This document shows, piece after piece, positions 30,190-41,194 of a DNA stretch of 64,000 nt. Every line of letters starts with the position of its first letter. The first letter of the stretch is position 1. The DNA comes from an uncultured Planctomycetaceae bacterium (GTDB lineage: Bacteria; Planctomycetota; Planctomycetia; Planctomycetales; Planctomycetaceae): the NCBI GenBank assembly GCA_963815195.1, contig CAWFGE010000023.1, forward strand, positions 416,001 through 480,000, written 5' to 3'. The notes beneath the pieces were generated by a model, which was not told where the DNA came from, made no database searches, and saw only the letters and a program-made list of their open reading frames with translations. The position numbers were made by a program, and so were the translations under genes.

Positions 30190-33100
30190 ATGTTCCAACG
30201 CCTTGCTTCGAACCGTTTCCTGGGATTCCTGTCCGCGATTGGGTTGTGTTTGGGGCTGGGTTCGATGCCGCGCGCCTCGGCGGAGGACTCGCGGCCGAAT
30301 GTGGTCCTGATCATGACCGACAACCACGGGGCGTGGACGCTGGGATGCTACGGAAACAAGGATATTAAGACGCCGAACATCGACCGCCTCGCCGACGAGG
30401 GCACGCTGTTTACGCGGGCGTTTGCGTCGAACCCGGTGTGCTCGCCCACGCGGGCCACTTTTTTAACAGGTCTCATCCCTTCGCAGCATGGCGTGCATTG
30501 CTACCTCACCGCGGGCCGGTTGCAGGTCGGCCCCGAAGCCCGCTCGACGCTGGACCAGGTCACGTCGCTCCCGGAGATTCTCAAAGACGCCGGCTATGCG
30601 TGCGGGCTGGTCGGCAAATGGCATCTGGGCGATAACCTGCATCCGCAAGAGGGCTTTGACGATTATTGGATCACCATGCCCCACGGCGGCACGAGCACGT
30701 TCTATAACGCCCCGATCATCGAGGACGGCAAGATTCGTCAGGAACCGAAATATCTCACCGACTTCTGGACGGACCACGCCGTCCGCTTCATCGAACAGGA
30801 GAAACACAAGCACCAGCCGTTCTTTCTGTTTCTCGCCTACAATGGCCCCTATTCGCTCGGCGGTCTCTTGCTCAAAGACAGCCAAAACCGGCACGCGGCC
30901 TATTATGCCAATAAGGAACTGCCGTCCTTCCCCCGCGAGCCGGCCCACCCTTGGCAACATAACAACCGCGAGTTTATCAATAACCCCACGTCCATTCGCC
31001 GGGTCGCGGCCGAAGTCAGCGGCGTGGACGACGGCGTCGGCCGCGTGATGCAGACGCTCAAACGAAACGGCCTCGATGAAAACACGCTCGTGATCTTCGT
31101 CGCCGATCAAGGTTGGGTCGGCGGGCACGGCGGGTTCTTCGGCATGGGCGACCACACCCGCCCGACCACCGCCCGCGACGGCATGATGCACATCCCCATG
31201 ATCTGGCGGCACCCCAAGAAAATCGCCGCCCATCATCGCTCCGACCTCATGGTCTCCAACTACGACCTTCTGCCCACGCTGCTAAACTATCTCGAGCTTT
31301 CGGACAAGCTCCCGGCGAAGCCGAAATCGCCGGGCCGCGATTTCTCCGCCGCGCTCGCCGGGCGGAACATCCCGGAATGGGACAACCGGGTGTTTTATGA
31401 GTTTGAGACTCTAAGGTGCATCCGCACGGAGGATTGGAAGTACATCCATCGCCATCCCAACGGCCCGCAGGAACTCTATGACCTGAAACACGACAAGGCC
31501 GAGTTCAACAACCTGGCGAATCAGCCGCAGCATGCGGAAAAACGCGACGAGCTGAAGCGGCAGCTGGGCGACTTCTTCGATCGCCATGCCGAGCCCAAAT
31601 ACAACCTCTGGAAAGCCGGCGGATCGCAGACGCGGATTCTGGCGCAGATTGAAAAGGAGATTCCGACCGCCAAAGCCGCCCAGCCGCCGCCGTTGCCTGA
31701 AGGATTTGAAATTCCGAAGATTCACGTGCCCGAGGGTTATACGGTGGAACTCGCGGCCGGTCCGCCTCTGGTCACGCATCCCACGCTCGGGTGTTTTGAC
31801 GACCGCGGCCGATTGTTTATCTGCAACAACGCGGGCTTGAACCTGGGACCCCAAGAGCTGGAAGAGCAACTGCCCAACTCGATCCGCATGCTCGAAGACA
31901 CGGACGGCGACGGCCGCTTCGACCGCTCCACGGTCTTTGCCGACAAGATGACCTACCCCATGGGCGGAGCCTGGCACGATGGGGCGCTCTATGTCGCTTC
32001 GCCGCCTTATATCTGGCGGCTCGAAGACACGACGGGCGACGGCGTCGCGGACCAGCGGGACATCATCGTCAGCCAGTTCGGTTATTCCGGGAACGCCGCG
32101 AGCATCCACGGCTGCTTTTTCGGTCCCGACGGCCGGCTGTATTGGTGCGACGGCTATCACGGCCACGAGTTCCGCGATAAAACCGGGGCGATCACCAGCC
32201 AACGGGAAGGCTCCTACATCTTCTCCTGCCGGCCCGACGGCTCGGACGTGCGCCTGCACTGCGGCGGGGGAATGGACAATCCCGTCGAAGTGGATTTCAC
32301 CGCGGAAGGCGATGTCCTCGGCACCGTCAACATTCTCTACACCCGGCCGCGCGTGGACTGCTTCGTGCATTGGCTTCACGGCGGGGCCTATCCGCACCGC
32401 GAGCGCGTGCTCAAGGAGATCAAAACCACCGGCGATCTGCTCGGTCCCGTGCACCGGTTTGGGCACGTCGCCACCTCGGGAACGCTGCGGTATCGAAGCG
32501 GGGCCCTCGACCATCGTTGGCAGGACAACTTCTTCGCGACGTTCTTTAACAGCGGCAAAGTCGTCCGGCTGGAACTTGCCAAAAAAGGTTCGACCTATCG
32601 CGCGACCCAGCGCGAGTTTCTCTCCTGCGATTCGCGGGACTTTCATCCCACGGACGTCATCGAAGACGCCGACGGGAGTTTGCTCGTCGTCGATACCGGC
32701 GGCTGGTTCTACCGCGGCTGCCCCACGTCGCAGCTTTCGAAGCCCGAAATCCTCGGTGCCATTTATCGCATCCGCCGCCAGGGCATGACGCCGCTGGTCG
32801 ATCCCTGGGGAAAGCGAATCGATTGGGCCCAGCTCACGAACGAGCAACTCGCCCGCCTGCTCAACGACAGCCGGTATCAAGTCCGCGAGCACGCGGTCGA
32901 GGAATGCGTGAAACGTGCTGCGACAATCATTCCCACCCTGACGCGCGCGATCCAGCGCCGCGATGTGCGGGAACGGCTCGGCTCCGTTTGGGCCTTGACC
33001 CGCATGCTCGGGAAAAACGCGGGGGCCCAAGACGAGATCCAAACCGCCATTCGGCTGGCGCTCAACGATCGATTAAATTCCATCCGCCAGGCCGCTTGCC

Positions 33101-34746
33101 GAAGCCTGGCGACGTATCCCGATCCCCGGGCGTTTCCGAAACTCGCGGAGCTGATCGCGCATGATGAACCCGCGATCCGCCGCGAAGCCGCCAAGGCGCT
33201 CGGCCGCTTGGGGGATGCCAAAGCGGTTCCCGTGCTGCTCGACGCCTTGTCCCATCCGATGGACCGCTCGGAAGAACACGCCGTGATTTATGCTTTGATC
33301 GAGCTCGGCGACGTGGATCAAATCACCAAAGGCCTCGAATCTCCCTCGGCCCCCATTCAGCGCGGAGCCTTGATCGCCGTTCAGCAGCTTGATCCGATGC
33401 GGCTGAAACTGAAACAGGTCGCACCGCTCTTGGAGACCGAAGACAAAACGCTCAGCCGGACCGTGCTGGGAATTTATCAGCAACACGCCGGCGATCCCGA
33501 GTGGGCGAACTCCGCGGCGGCGGCTTTGCAAAAATGGCTCGCCAAGAGCGACGCCAACAAAAGCCGGGCGCAAACCGTGCAAGGTTTGATCCAGACCTTC
33601 GCCTCGCAGGAACCGGTGGCGAAGCTCCTCGGACAAAAGTTGCGAGAGGCGGAGCTTTCGGGTGAACCGCAAATGCAAATCCTCGAGGCGCTCGCAGGCG
33701 GGAATCGGCTGCCTTTCTATGAAACCTGGACGGCTCCATTGGAAGCGGGACTGAAGTCCCAGGATGCGGCGGTTGTTCAGAAAACAATCGCCGCCGTCGC
33801 CGCCATCGAGACCGCGCGGTTCAATGAGCCTTTGAATCAGCTTGGCCAGGACGCTCGCCGATCGCCGGTGTTAAGAGTGCTCGCGATCGAGGCGGCCGCG
33901 GGGCGGGACAGTCGGCTGTCGAAGCCCGCTTTTGATTTGCTCGTCCGCATCATTCGCGACGGCGGCGAGTCGAAAGAGCTTTCCCGGGCGGTGCAGTTGG
34001 TCGGCGGCGCCTCGTTGACAAAAGAGCAACTCTTGGCGCTGGCTCCGCTATTGAAAACCGCGGGGCCGGTGGCGATACAGAATCTGGTCTCGGCCTTCGA
34101 GCGCAGCGGCGACCACGAAGTGGCCGAGGCTTTCTTGCAATCGATGGAGCAGAGCCGGGCCTTGTTGAGCGTGCCGACGCCTCAACTTTCCGACGTCATC
34201 AAGCGGTACCCTGCGGACTTGCGCGGCCGGGGCAACGCCCTTTTGGATCGGCTGAAAGAAGAGGAGCAACAGCGGCTGGCGAGGCTCGATCAATTGTTGC
34301 CGCGATTGAAGGCAGGCGACGCCGAGCGCGGCCGGGAGTTGTTCTTCGCGGAGAAGTCCAAGTGCGCGACCTGCCATCGCGTGGGCGAGAAGGGCGGCCG
34401 CATCGGTCCCGACCTGACGACGATCGGAGCCAACCGTTCGCCCGCGGATTTGCTGGAGTCGATCGTGTTTCCCTCGGCGACTTTGGTCAGAGACTATCAG
34501 CCCTATACGGTCCTCACCACCCAAGGCCAAACCATGACGGGCCTGGTCGTGCGCGACACGGGCGATGAAATCTGGCTGCAGCAACAACTCGGCGAGCCGG
34601 TCCGCCTGGCCCGCGGGCAGATCGAAGTCATGCAGCCCAGCACCGTGTCCATCATGCCCAACGGACTCGAAAAAACGCTCACCGAAGCCGAGCTCGCAGA
34701 CGTGATCGCGTATCTGGAGAGCCTGAAAGCCAACAGGAGCGAGTAG
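30190..34746 (+). CDS. Fusion: secreted sulfatase + PVC-type heme-binding CxxCH protein (propeller, HEAT repeats, cytochrome c)
   Basis: Signal peptide; CSPTRATFLTG and GKWHLG; LEDTDGDG propeller repeats; HEAT repeats; CATCH heme motif, GPDLT and SIMP axial Met. Confidence 0.9.
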   Translation: MFQRLASNRFLGFLSAIGLCLGLGSMPRASAEDSRPNVVLIMTDNHGAWTLGCYGNKDIKTPNIDRLADEGTLFTRAFASNPVCSPTRATFLTGLIPSQHGVHCYLTAGRLQVGPEARSTLDQVTSLPEILKDAGYACGLVGKWHLGDNLHPQEGFDDYWITMPHGGTSTFYNAPIIEDGKIRQEPKYLTDFWTDHAVRFIEQEKHKHQPFFLFLAYNGPYSLGGLLLKDSQNRHAAYYANKELPSFPREPAHPWQHNNREFINNPTSIRRVAAEVSGVDDGVGRVMQTLKRNGLDENTLVIFVADQGWVGGHGGFFGMGDHTRPTTARDGMMHIPMIWRHPKKIAAHHRSDLMVSNYDLLPTLLNYLELSDKLPAKPKSPGRDFSAALAGRNIPEWDNRVFYEFETLRCIRTEDWKYIHRHPNGPQELYDLKHDKAEFNNLANQPQHAEKRDELKRQLGDFFDRHAEPKYNLWKAGGSQTRILAQIEKEIPTAKAAQPPPLPEGFEIPKIHVPEGYTVELAAGPPLVTHPTLGCFDDRGRLFICNNAGLNLGPQELEEQLPNSIRMLEDTDGDGRFDRSTVFADKMTYPMGGAWHDGALYVASPPYIWRLEDTTGDGVADQRDIIVSQFGYSGNAASIHGCFFGPDGRLYWCDGYHGHEFRDKTGAITSQREGSYIFSCRPDGSDVRLHCGGGMDNPVEVDFTAEGDVLGTVNILYTRPRVDCFVHWLHGGAYPHRERVLKEIKTTGDLLGPVHRFGHVATSGTLRYRSGALDHRWQDNFFATFFNSGKVVRLELAKKGSTYRATQREFLSCDSRDFHPTDVIEDADGSLLVVDTGGWFYRGCPTSQLSKPEILGAIYRIRRQGMTPLVDPWGKRIDWAQLTNEQLARLLNDSRYQVREHAVEECVKRAATIIPTLTRAIQRRDVRERLGSVWALTRMLGKNAGAQDEIQTAIRLALNDRLNSIRQAACRSLATYPDPRAFPKLAELIAHDEPAIRREAAKALGRLGDAKAVPVLLDALSHPMDRSEEHAVIYALIELGDVDQITKGLESPSAPIQRGALIAVQQLDPMRLKLKQVAPLLETEDKTLSRTVLGIYQQHAGDPEWANSAAAALQKWLAKSDANKSRAQTVQGLIQTFASQEPVAKLLGQKLREAELSGEPQMQILEALAGGNRLPFYETWTAPLEAGLKSQDAAVVQKTIAAVAAIETARFNEPLNQLGQDARRSPVLRVLAIEAAAGRDSRLSKPAFDLLVRIIRDGGESKELSRAVQLVGGASLTKEQLLALAPLLKTAGPVAIQNLVSAFERSGDHEVAEAFLQSMEQSRALLSVPTPQLSDVIKRYPADLRGRGNALLDRLKEEEQQRLARLDQLLPRLKAGDAERGRELFFAEKSKCATCHRVGEKGGRIGPDLTTIGANRSPADLLESIVFPSATLVRDYQPYTVLTTQGQTMTGLVVRDTGDEIWLQQQLGEPVRLARGQIEVMQPSTVSIMPNGLEKTLTEAELADVIAYLESLKANRSE

Positions 34747-34756
34747 CGATCGCAAA

Positions 34757-34931
34757 GAGCCGCGCACGAAGTAAGCGGACGGCGCTATACCGAGAGGAGC
34801 CGCGCACGAAGTAAGCGGACGGCGCTATACCGAGAGGAGCCGCGCACGAAGTAAGCGGTAGCGTTTCCGCTTACTTCGTGCGCGGCTCTTTGCAGGCAAT
34901 CCCGCTATCCCGCTTACTGCGTGCGCGGCTC
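34757..34931. repeat. REP family A cluster with 40-bp tandem duplication
   Basis: gagccgcgcacgaagtaagcggacggcgctataccgagag x2 plus a third core, then inverted cores at 34867-34888 and 34910-34931. Confidence 0.9.
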
Positions 34932-36900
34932 TATTCATACTCCTGGTAGGATTTCTCTTCGACGATCCTGGACCCCAAGAGCGTGTTGATCTCCCGCTTG
35001 AGCTGCGCCCGGCGGTCGTTGGTGCGATACACGGCGCGGGCGAGTTCGATAAATTCCTCGCCAAAGTTCTGGTCGCGTTCGCAGTCGCGGATGTCGTCTT
35101 CGATGTCCCAGAGCTTCTGGTTGACTTCTCTAAGCGAGACGGTCAAAGCGTCCAACTCGGCCGAAGCCGGAAGATGCCGCCGCCGGGTTTCCTTCAGGAC
35201 TTCGAGTTCCGTGCGGACGTGGCGGAGCTTGTCGTCATCGGCGATCCGCTCCGCTTTGATTTCCAGAATCGTGATTTTGTCAACGAGTTCGCCCGGTGCG
35301 ATTTCGGCTTGGAGCGAAGGGATCTGAGTTTCTGATTTTTCTTTTAGGCCATAGAGTTTCGGCGCGGGGGCAGCGAGTTGGGTTTGCAGTTCGGCCGCCA
35401 TCTCGGCGAAGACGCCGTCCCAGTCGCCGAGCGCTTTCTGCCGAAACAGCCGCATCGTCGGATACCAGGGGCAGTCGCTGCGGTTTCTGAGCCAACGCCA
35501 ATCGGCCGCCGTCGACAGGGGCAGCCAGGCCGGCCGGCCCAATGCGCCTGCGAGATGATTGACCGACGTGTCGCAGGCGATGATCAAATCCAGATGCTGC
35601 ATGACGGCGGCGGTGTCCGTGAACGCTCCGCCCGACGCATCGAGGCCGTCCAGAATCACCACGGGCACGTCGGACTTCATCTCCTCGAGTTGCTCGGCTC
35701 CGTGATTTTTTTGCAGGCTGACCAGCGTGACGTGGGGCAGGTTCGCAATCGCGGCGAAATGTTTGAGGGGAATCGACCGGAGCTTGTCGCCGCGAAACGT
35801 GGGACTGCCCTGCCAACTGATGCCGATTTTGAAACCGTCCAGCGCATCGATTCTCGATTTCCAAAGCTCCACGTTCGCGGGATCGGGAAACACATAGGGC
35901 ACGGTCTTGGGGCAGTTCTCGCCGGTGATGTTCAAGAGGCCCGGAAGACTCAACAGCGGGATATGCAAGTCGAACGTGATCGCGCCTGGCTCATCGATGG
36001 GGAACCATTCATCGATGCCTTCGCAGCGGCTGAGGAGTTTTTGGAGCGGTTTTTGACAAGCGAAGACGATCCGCGCGCCTTGGGACTTGAGCAGCGGAAT
36101 CAGCCGGATGAATTGCAGCACATCGCCCATGCCCTGCTCGGTGTGGATGAGCAAGCCGCGGCCGTCCAGCGGCGAACCGTCCCATTGCGGGCGCGGATCG
36201 GCGGCCGTTGGGTCTGGCCGGTGCGGAACCGCCATTCGTATTCCACCCAGCCGTCGTGATACCGCTCCTCGGCCAGCCACGCGAGCGCCCGGTTGAAGTG
36301 CGCATGCGGGTTGCCCGGTTGGAGCCGGAGGGTGGCTTCATATTGCCGGAGGGCTTCGTCGCAGCGGCCGACCTGGTTAAAGCAAATTCCCAGATAGTTG
36401 TGCGCGAGCACCAGATCGGGCCGATAGGCGAGCGCTTTTTCGAGTGCGGGAATCGCATCGAGCTGCCGCTCTTCCTTGCAGGCCACCAGGCCGAGCGTTT
36501 GCCAGGCGAGGGCGTTGTCCGGCTGCTTTTCGACGACCGACTGCGCGAGTTCCCGCGCCTCGACCAGCCGGTTGAGTTCCCAGTGGATCAGGCTCAAATG
36601 CGCGCGGGCCGGCAGGTGCTCGGAATTGAGTTCGAGCGATTTGCGAAACGCGGTTTCGGCCTCGGCAATGCGGGCGGCATCGATCAGCGCCGAACCCAGC
36701 TCCGCATGGGCGTCGGCGGAAACGTCGCGGCGGCCCTGCTGCTCCAACAGCACCGCCATCCCATGCCAGGCCCCGATGTGGCGCTTCTCGGCGTCGAGCA
36801 CCTGCCGGTAAAGGGTTTCCGCTTCCGCAAGTTGCCCGTTTTGGTGATGCTGCCCCGCCGCCTGAAAAATTGCTTGCACGTTCGCGCCTGCAGAGTTCAC
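34931..36900 (-). CDS. TPR + glycosyltransferase family 9-like + DUF6165-like protein, frameshift near 36220
   Basis: N-terminal TPRs, GWVEYEWRF, EQGMGDVLQF, DTSVNHLAGALG, WYPTMRLFRQ, C-terminal GELVDKITILEIK...EEKSY. Confidence 0.88.
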
Positions 36901-36956
36901 GAAGAAGCCTCCCGGAGATTAGAGCGTTAAGGACCGCACGAACAGCAGCTTATCTT

Positions 36957-37141
36957 CTCAAACTGTAAGCCTTTGGATGGCTGGGCGCAAATTCCCCTTG
37001 GAGTAAGGCTGGAACTGTGAATGCTGGGGCTATGGCCGAGCGAGAAAACTTTCACACGGCCCCAGACCTCAAATCTGCTTTTTCCTTGGAACATTCCATT
37101 GCGCCCCAGCCACCCCCTGCACTTTCGACTTACAGTCTGAG
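36957..37141 (+). mobile_element. MITE-like element, copy 2
   Basis: Colinear with copy 1; TIR ctcaaactgtaag / cttacagtctgag; flanked by direct repeat ttatctt. Confidence 0.8.
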
Positions 37142-37150
37142 TTATCTTCT

Positions 37151-37185
37151 TTCGATTCGAAGGTTCGATTCGAAGGTTCGATTCG
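37151..37185. repeat. 13-bp tandem repeat
   Basis: ttcgattcgaagg x2 plus ttcgattcg. Confidence 0.75.
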
Positions 37186-37325
37186 TGGACATCACAGTTT
37201 GTCTTAGCCGCTTCGCGGCTCAGGAATTCCCAACAGATTCACGTCCAAAAATCGTTTGGGTGATGAAGCTCGTGAGCGATGAGACTTCTGAACGATGAAA
37301 CAGGATATTTATTTCTCGATCCATC

Positions 37326-37985
37326 CTAACGATTGGGGTCCGTGTTTCGCAGCGGCAGGGAGAGATGGCGGCGGATTTCGTTTTGGACTTCGGGAATCAT
37401 TCCCGTGCCGTCCACTTCGACGACCAACTCCTTGCGACGGAAGCGTTCGAGCATAGGCTGGGTTTTGGAGTGATAATCGCGGAGCCGATTTGCCAGGGCT
37501 TCTTCGGTGTCGTCGGGCCGGCTGACCAACTTCCCGCCGCACACGTCGCAGGTTTCGGGAACCTTGGGGCGGTGGTGGATCAGGTTGTAATCCAGGCCGC
37601 AAAAGCTGCATAGCCGGCGGGAGAGCACGCGTTCGCGGACGGCCTCGTCCGGCAGCGTGATGTGAATGACGGCGTCGATGTCGTAGCTTTCCAGAAAGAA
37701 CGCGGCCTGCGTGGAGTTTCTGGGGAAGCCGTCGAGAATGAAGCCGAAGTTCCAGTCGTGCTCTTTCAGCCTCCAGATGATGATTTCCTCGACGACCTCA
37801 TCGCCGACGAGTTCGCCGTTGTCGATGGTCCGCCGCACGCGGGCCCCGAGCTTGGTGTGGTTTTCGATGTGCCAGCGAAAGATTTCGCCCACGCTGATGT
37901 GGACCAGGTCGAGGTCGTCTTTGAGCATGCGGGCCTGCGTGCCTTTGCCGCAGCCTTGCACGCCCATGATGATGTATTTGTGCAT
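37326..37985 (-). CDS. adk: Adenylate kinase with Zn-binding LID
   Basis: GVQGCGKGTQA, FILDGFPR, CSFC...CDVC, RPDD. Confidence 0.9.
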   Translation of the reverse strand: MHKYIIMGVQGCGKGTQARMLKDDLDLVHISVGEIFRWHIENHTKLGARVRRTIDNGELVGDEVVEEIIIWRLKEHDWNFGFILDGFPRNSTQAAFFLESYDIDAVIHITLPDEAVRERVLSRRLCSFCGLDYNLIHHRPKVPETCDVCGGKLVSRPDDTEEALANRLRDYHSKTQPMLERFRRKELVVEVDGTGMIPEVQNEIRRHLSLPLRNTDPNR

Positions 37986-38040
37986 GCCGACGCCTCTGAA
38001 TCGCATTTGCGAAAAAACGAACCGAGTTCCATCCGCGGTA

Positions 38041-41000
38041 TCAAGATGGCTTTCCAGAATCTGACCCAGCGAACCACGGATAGATAGCCGGTACGACCAG
38101 GGAGGTCAAGAGCGTGCTCGTGATCAGGCCGCCGATAACGACCGTCGCCAGCGGGCGCTGCATCTCGGCCCCGTCGCCGTGCGAGAGAGCCATCGGCAAG
38201 AATCCCAGGCTGGCGACCATTGCGGTCATCAAAACAGGCCGCAACCGGACCAGCGCGGTTTGATGCGGGACTTCGTGAATCTCGACGCCTTCCTGCCTAA
38301 GATGCTCCGCCGCGCTGACCCACACCAATCCGTTCAAGACCGCCACCCCGAACAGGGCGATAAACCCAACGCCCGCGGAGATGCTGAACGGCATGTCCCG
38401 GAGTGCGAGGGCAAAAATCCCTCCGGTTGCGGCCATCGGGACGGCAAAAAAGATCAACAGCGCCAGCCGCGCCGATCCAAACGTGGTGTGCAGCAGGAGA
38501 AAAATCACGAGCAAAACAATCGGCGTGATGATCGCCAACCGGCGGGAGGCCGATTGCAGGTTCTCAAAATCGCCGCCCCAACGGATTTCAAAGCCCGGCG
38601 GCAAGTCCACTTCTTTCTCCACCGCCCGGCGGGCCTCGGCCACGAATGTCGCCACGTCCCGGCCGCGGACGTTCGCCTGCACGTACGTTCGGCGGCGGTT
38701 GGATTCGTGCTCGATCGAAGGCGGCGTCTCCTCGTAGCGAATCGTCGCCAGTTCCTTGAGCGGCACCGACTTGTCGCCCGATTGGAATACGGGAAGCTGC
38801 TCGAGCAGATACACGTTTTCCCGCCAGGGTTCCGGGATGCGGACCCGGATCGGAAACCGCCGGGCCTCGTCGAACACCAGACCCACATCATGCCCGCCCA
38901 GGGAACTCACGACATCCATCACCCGCGACGCATCGACGCCGTAGAGGGCGAGTTGCTCGGGACGCGGCTCGATCCGCAGCGTCGTGAGGTTCGCCTGATA
39001 GTCCGCTTTCACGTCGGCCGCGCCGGGGATTTTTTTGAGGACCTGCTCGATCTGGCCGGCTTTCTTGTTGAGGACTTCGAGCTCGTTGCCGTAGAGCAGC
39101 ACGGCCACGTCCGCTTTCACGCCCGCGACCAGTTCATCGACGCGCATCTCGATCGGCTGCGTAAATCCGAACACGACGCCGGGGACGTTCTCGTTGAGGA
39201 GCTTCGAGATTTCTTCGATCAAATCCTCGCGGGTCTTGCCGTCGGGCCATTCATCGTGATGTTTGAGGATCACCCACACGTCGGTCTGGTGCACGCCCAT
39301 CACATCGTTGGCGATTTCGGGCCGGCCGGTTTTGCAGAAGACGGTTTTGACTTCGGGCAGGTCGCGGAGCAATGTTTCAATCTGCGTCGACATCGTCAGC
39401 GAATCTTCCAGCGAAGCGCTCGGCAGACGCACGGCTTCGATCAACAGGTCGCCTTCCTCCAACCGCGGCATGAACTCGGCCCCCAGATACAGCCCGACCG
39501 GAATGCTCGCCGCGAACAAACCGACCGCGACCAGCGTCGTGCGGATCGGATGGGCGATCGTCCGCGTGACCAGCGGATCGTAAACCTTTTTAATCATGCG
39601 GATCAGCCAGACTTCTTTTTCCTCCATCCGCTTGGGGAGCGCGAGCGACGCCAAGGCCGGCATCAGCGTGAGCGAAAGCACCAGCGAACCGGCCAAAGCG
39701 AACAAAACCGTCAAGGCCATCGGGCGGAACAGTTTGCCCTCCGTACCCTGAAGCGCGAGGATCGGCACGTACACCACGGCGATGATCAGCTCGCCGAACA
39801 TCGTGGGTTTGCGGACTTCGATCGCGGCATCGCGGATGACTTCGTTATGCGGCCGGCCTTCGTGGTTTTCCGAGACCCGGCGAATGCAGTTCTCGACCAT
39901 AATCACCGAGCTGTCGACGATCAGCCCGAAGTCGATCGCCCCCAGGCTCATCAGGCTCGCCGTGATGCCCGTGGCCCACATCATGTTCGTCGCGAACAGC
40001 ATCGAGAGCGGAATGGCCAAAGCCACCACCACGCCCGCGCGAAAACTGCCCAGCATGAATAACAGCACGATGATCACGAGCGCCCCGCCTTCGGTGAGGT
40101 TCTTGAGCACCGTGTGGAGCGTGCGGCTGATGAGGGCGGTGCGGTCGTAAGTGATGTCGAGCGAAACCCCCGGGGGCAAGGTCTTTTCGATGTCCTCCAA
40201 ACGGGCTTTGGCGTTTTGCACGACTTCGCGGGAGTTGGCTCCGATGAGCATCATCACCAGCCCCGTGACCGCTTCGCCGCGGCCGTCGCGGGTGACGGCT
40301 CCCTGACGGGTCATGGGGGCGATGACCACGTCGGCCACGTCGCCGAGCAGAATCGGCGTTTCGCCGTCGACGGAATGCACGACGATCTGCCGGAGGTCGC
40401 CTTCGCTTTTCACGAGCGATTGGCCGCGGATGAACTGCTGCTCGCCGTGATGCACCACATACCCACCGCCCGCGGTGACGTTGTTGTTTTCGAGCCTTTG
40501 AAACAGATCGGCCAGAGAGATTCCATAACTCGCGAGGCGGTCGGGGTTGGGGCGGACTTCGTAGGTTTTATAAAACCCGCCGTGGGTGTTGATTTCCGTA
40601 ACGCCGGCAACTTCGCGGAGACGGGCGCGATGTCCCAATCCAGAATCGTGCGGAGCTCCATCGGCGTGTAGCCTTCGCCTTTAACTTCAAACTGCAGGAT
40701 TTCGCCGAGGGCCGTCGTCAAAGGTCCCAATTCCGGTTTGCCGTAGCCGGGCGGAATATTGGCCTCGGCCTGCGTAATGCGGTTGGCGACTTGCTGCCGG
40801 GCCCAGTAAATGTCGGTTTTTTCCTTGAACACCACCGTGACAACCGAAATCCCGAACCGGGAAATGCTGCGGACTTCCTCCACGTCCGGGAGCCCGCCCA
40901 TCGCCCATTCCACCGGGTAGGTGACATACCGCTCGACTTCGATCGGCGAGAGCGCCCCCGCATCGGTGACCACCTGGACTTGCACGTTGGTCATGTCCGG

Positions 41001-41117
41001 GACGGCGTCGATGGGCAGATTCAGCGCGGCATACATTCCGCCCATCGCCATCAAGCCGATCAACACGAACACTAAAAAGCGATTGTTGAGCGAAAGTTCA
41101 ATCAGTTTCGATAACAT
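38041..41117 (-). CDS. czcA: CzcA/CusA heavy-metal RND efflux permease, frameshift near 40625
   Basis: LPIDAVPDMTNVQVQV, MSLGAIDFGLIVD, EGKLFRPMA, RLRPVLMTA, GAEMQRPLATVVIGG. Confidence 0.93.
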
Positions 41118-41194
41118 CTTACCACCGTGCTCATTTCGTCACATTGATCTCAACAAATCCGAAATCCGGATTTCGTGCTTCGGATTTCCCTCGG

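Noticed and set aside
34757..34858. Possible CRISPR array
   Set aside because: The spacers are identical and only 18 bp, inverted copies follow, the same core occurs as a doublet at 623-693, and there are no cas genes
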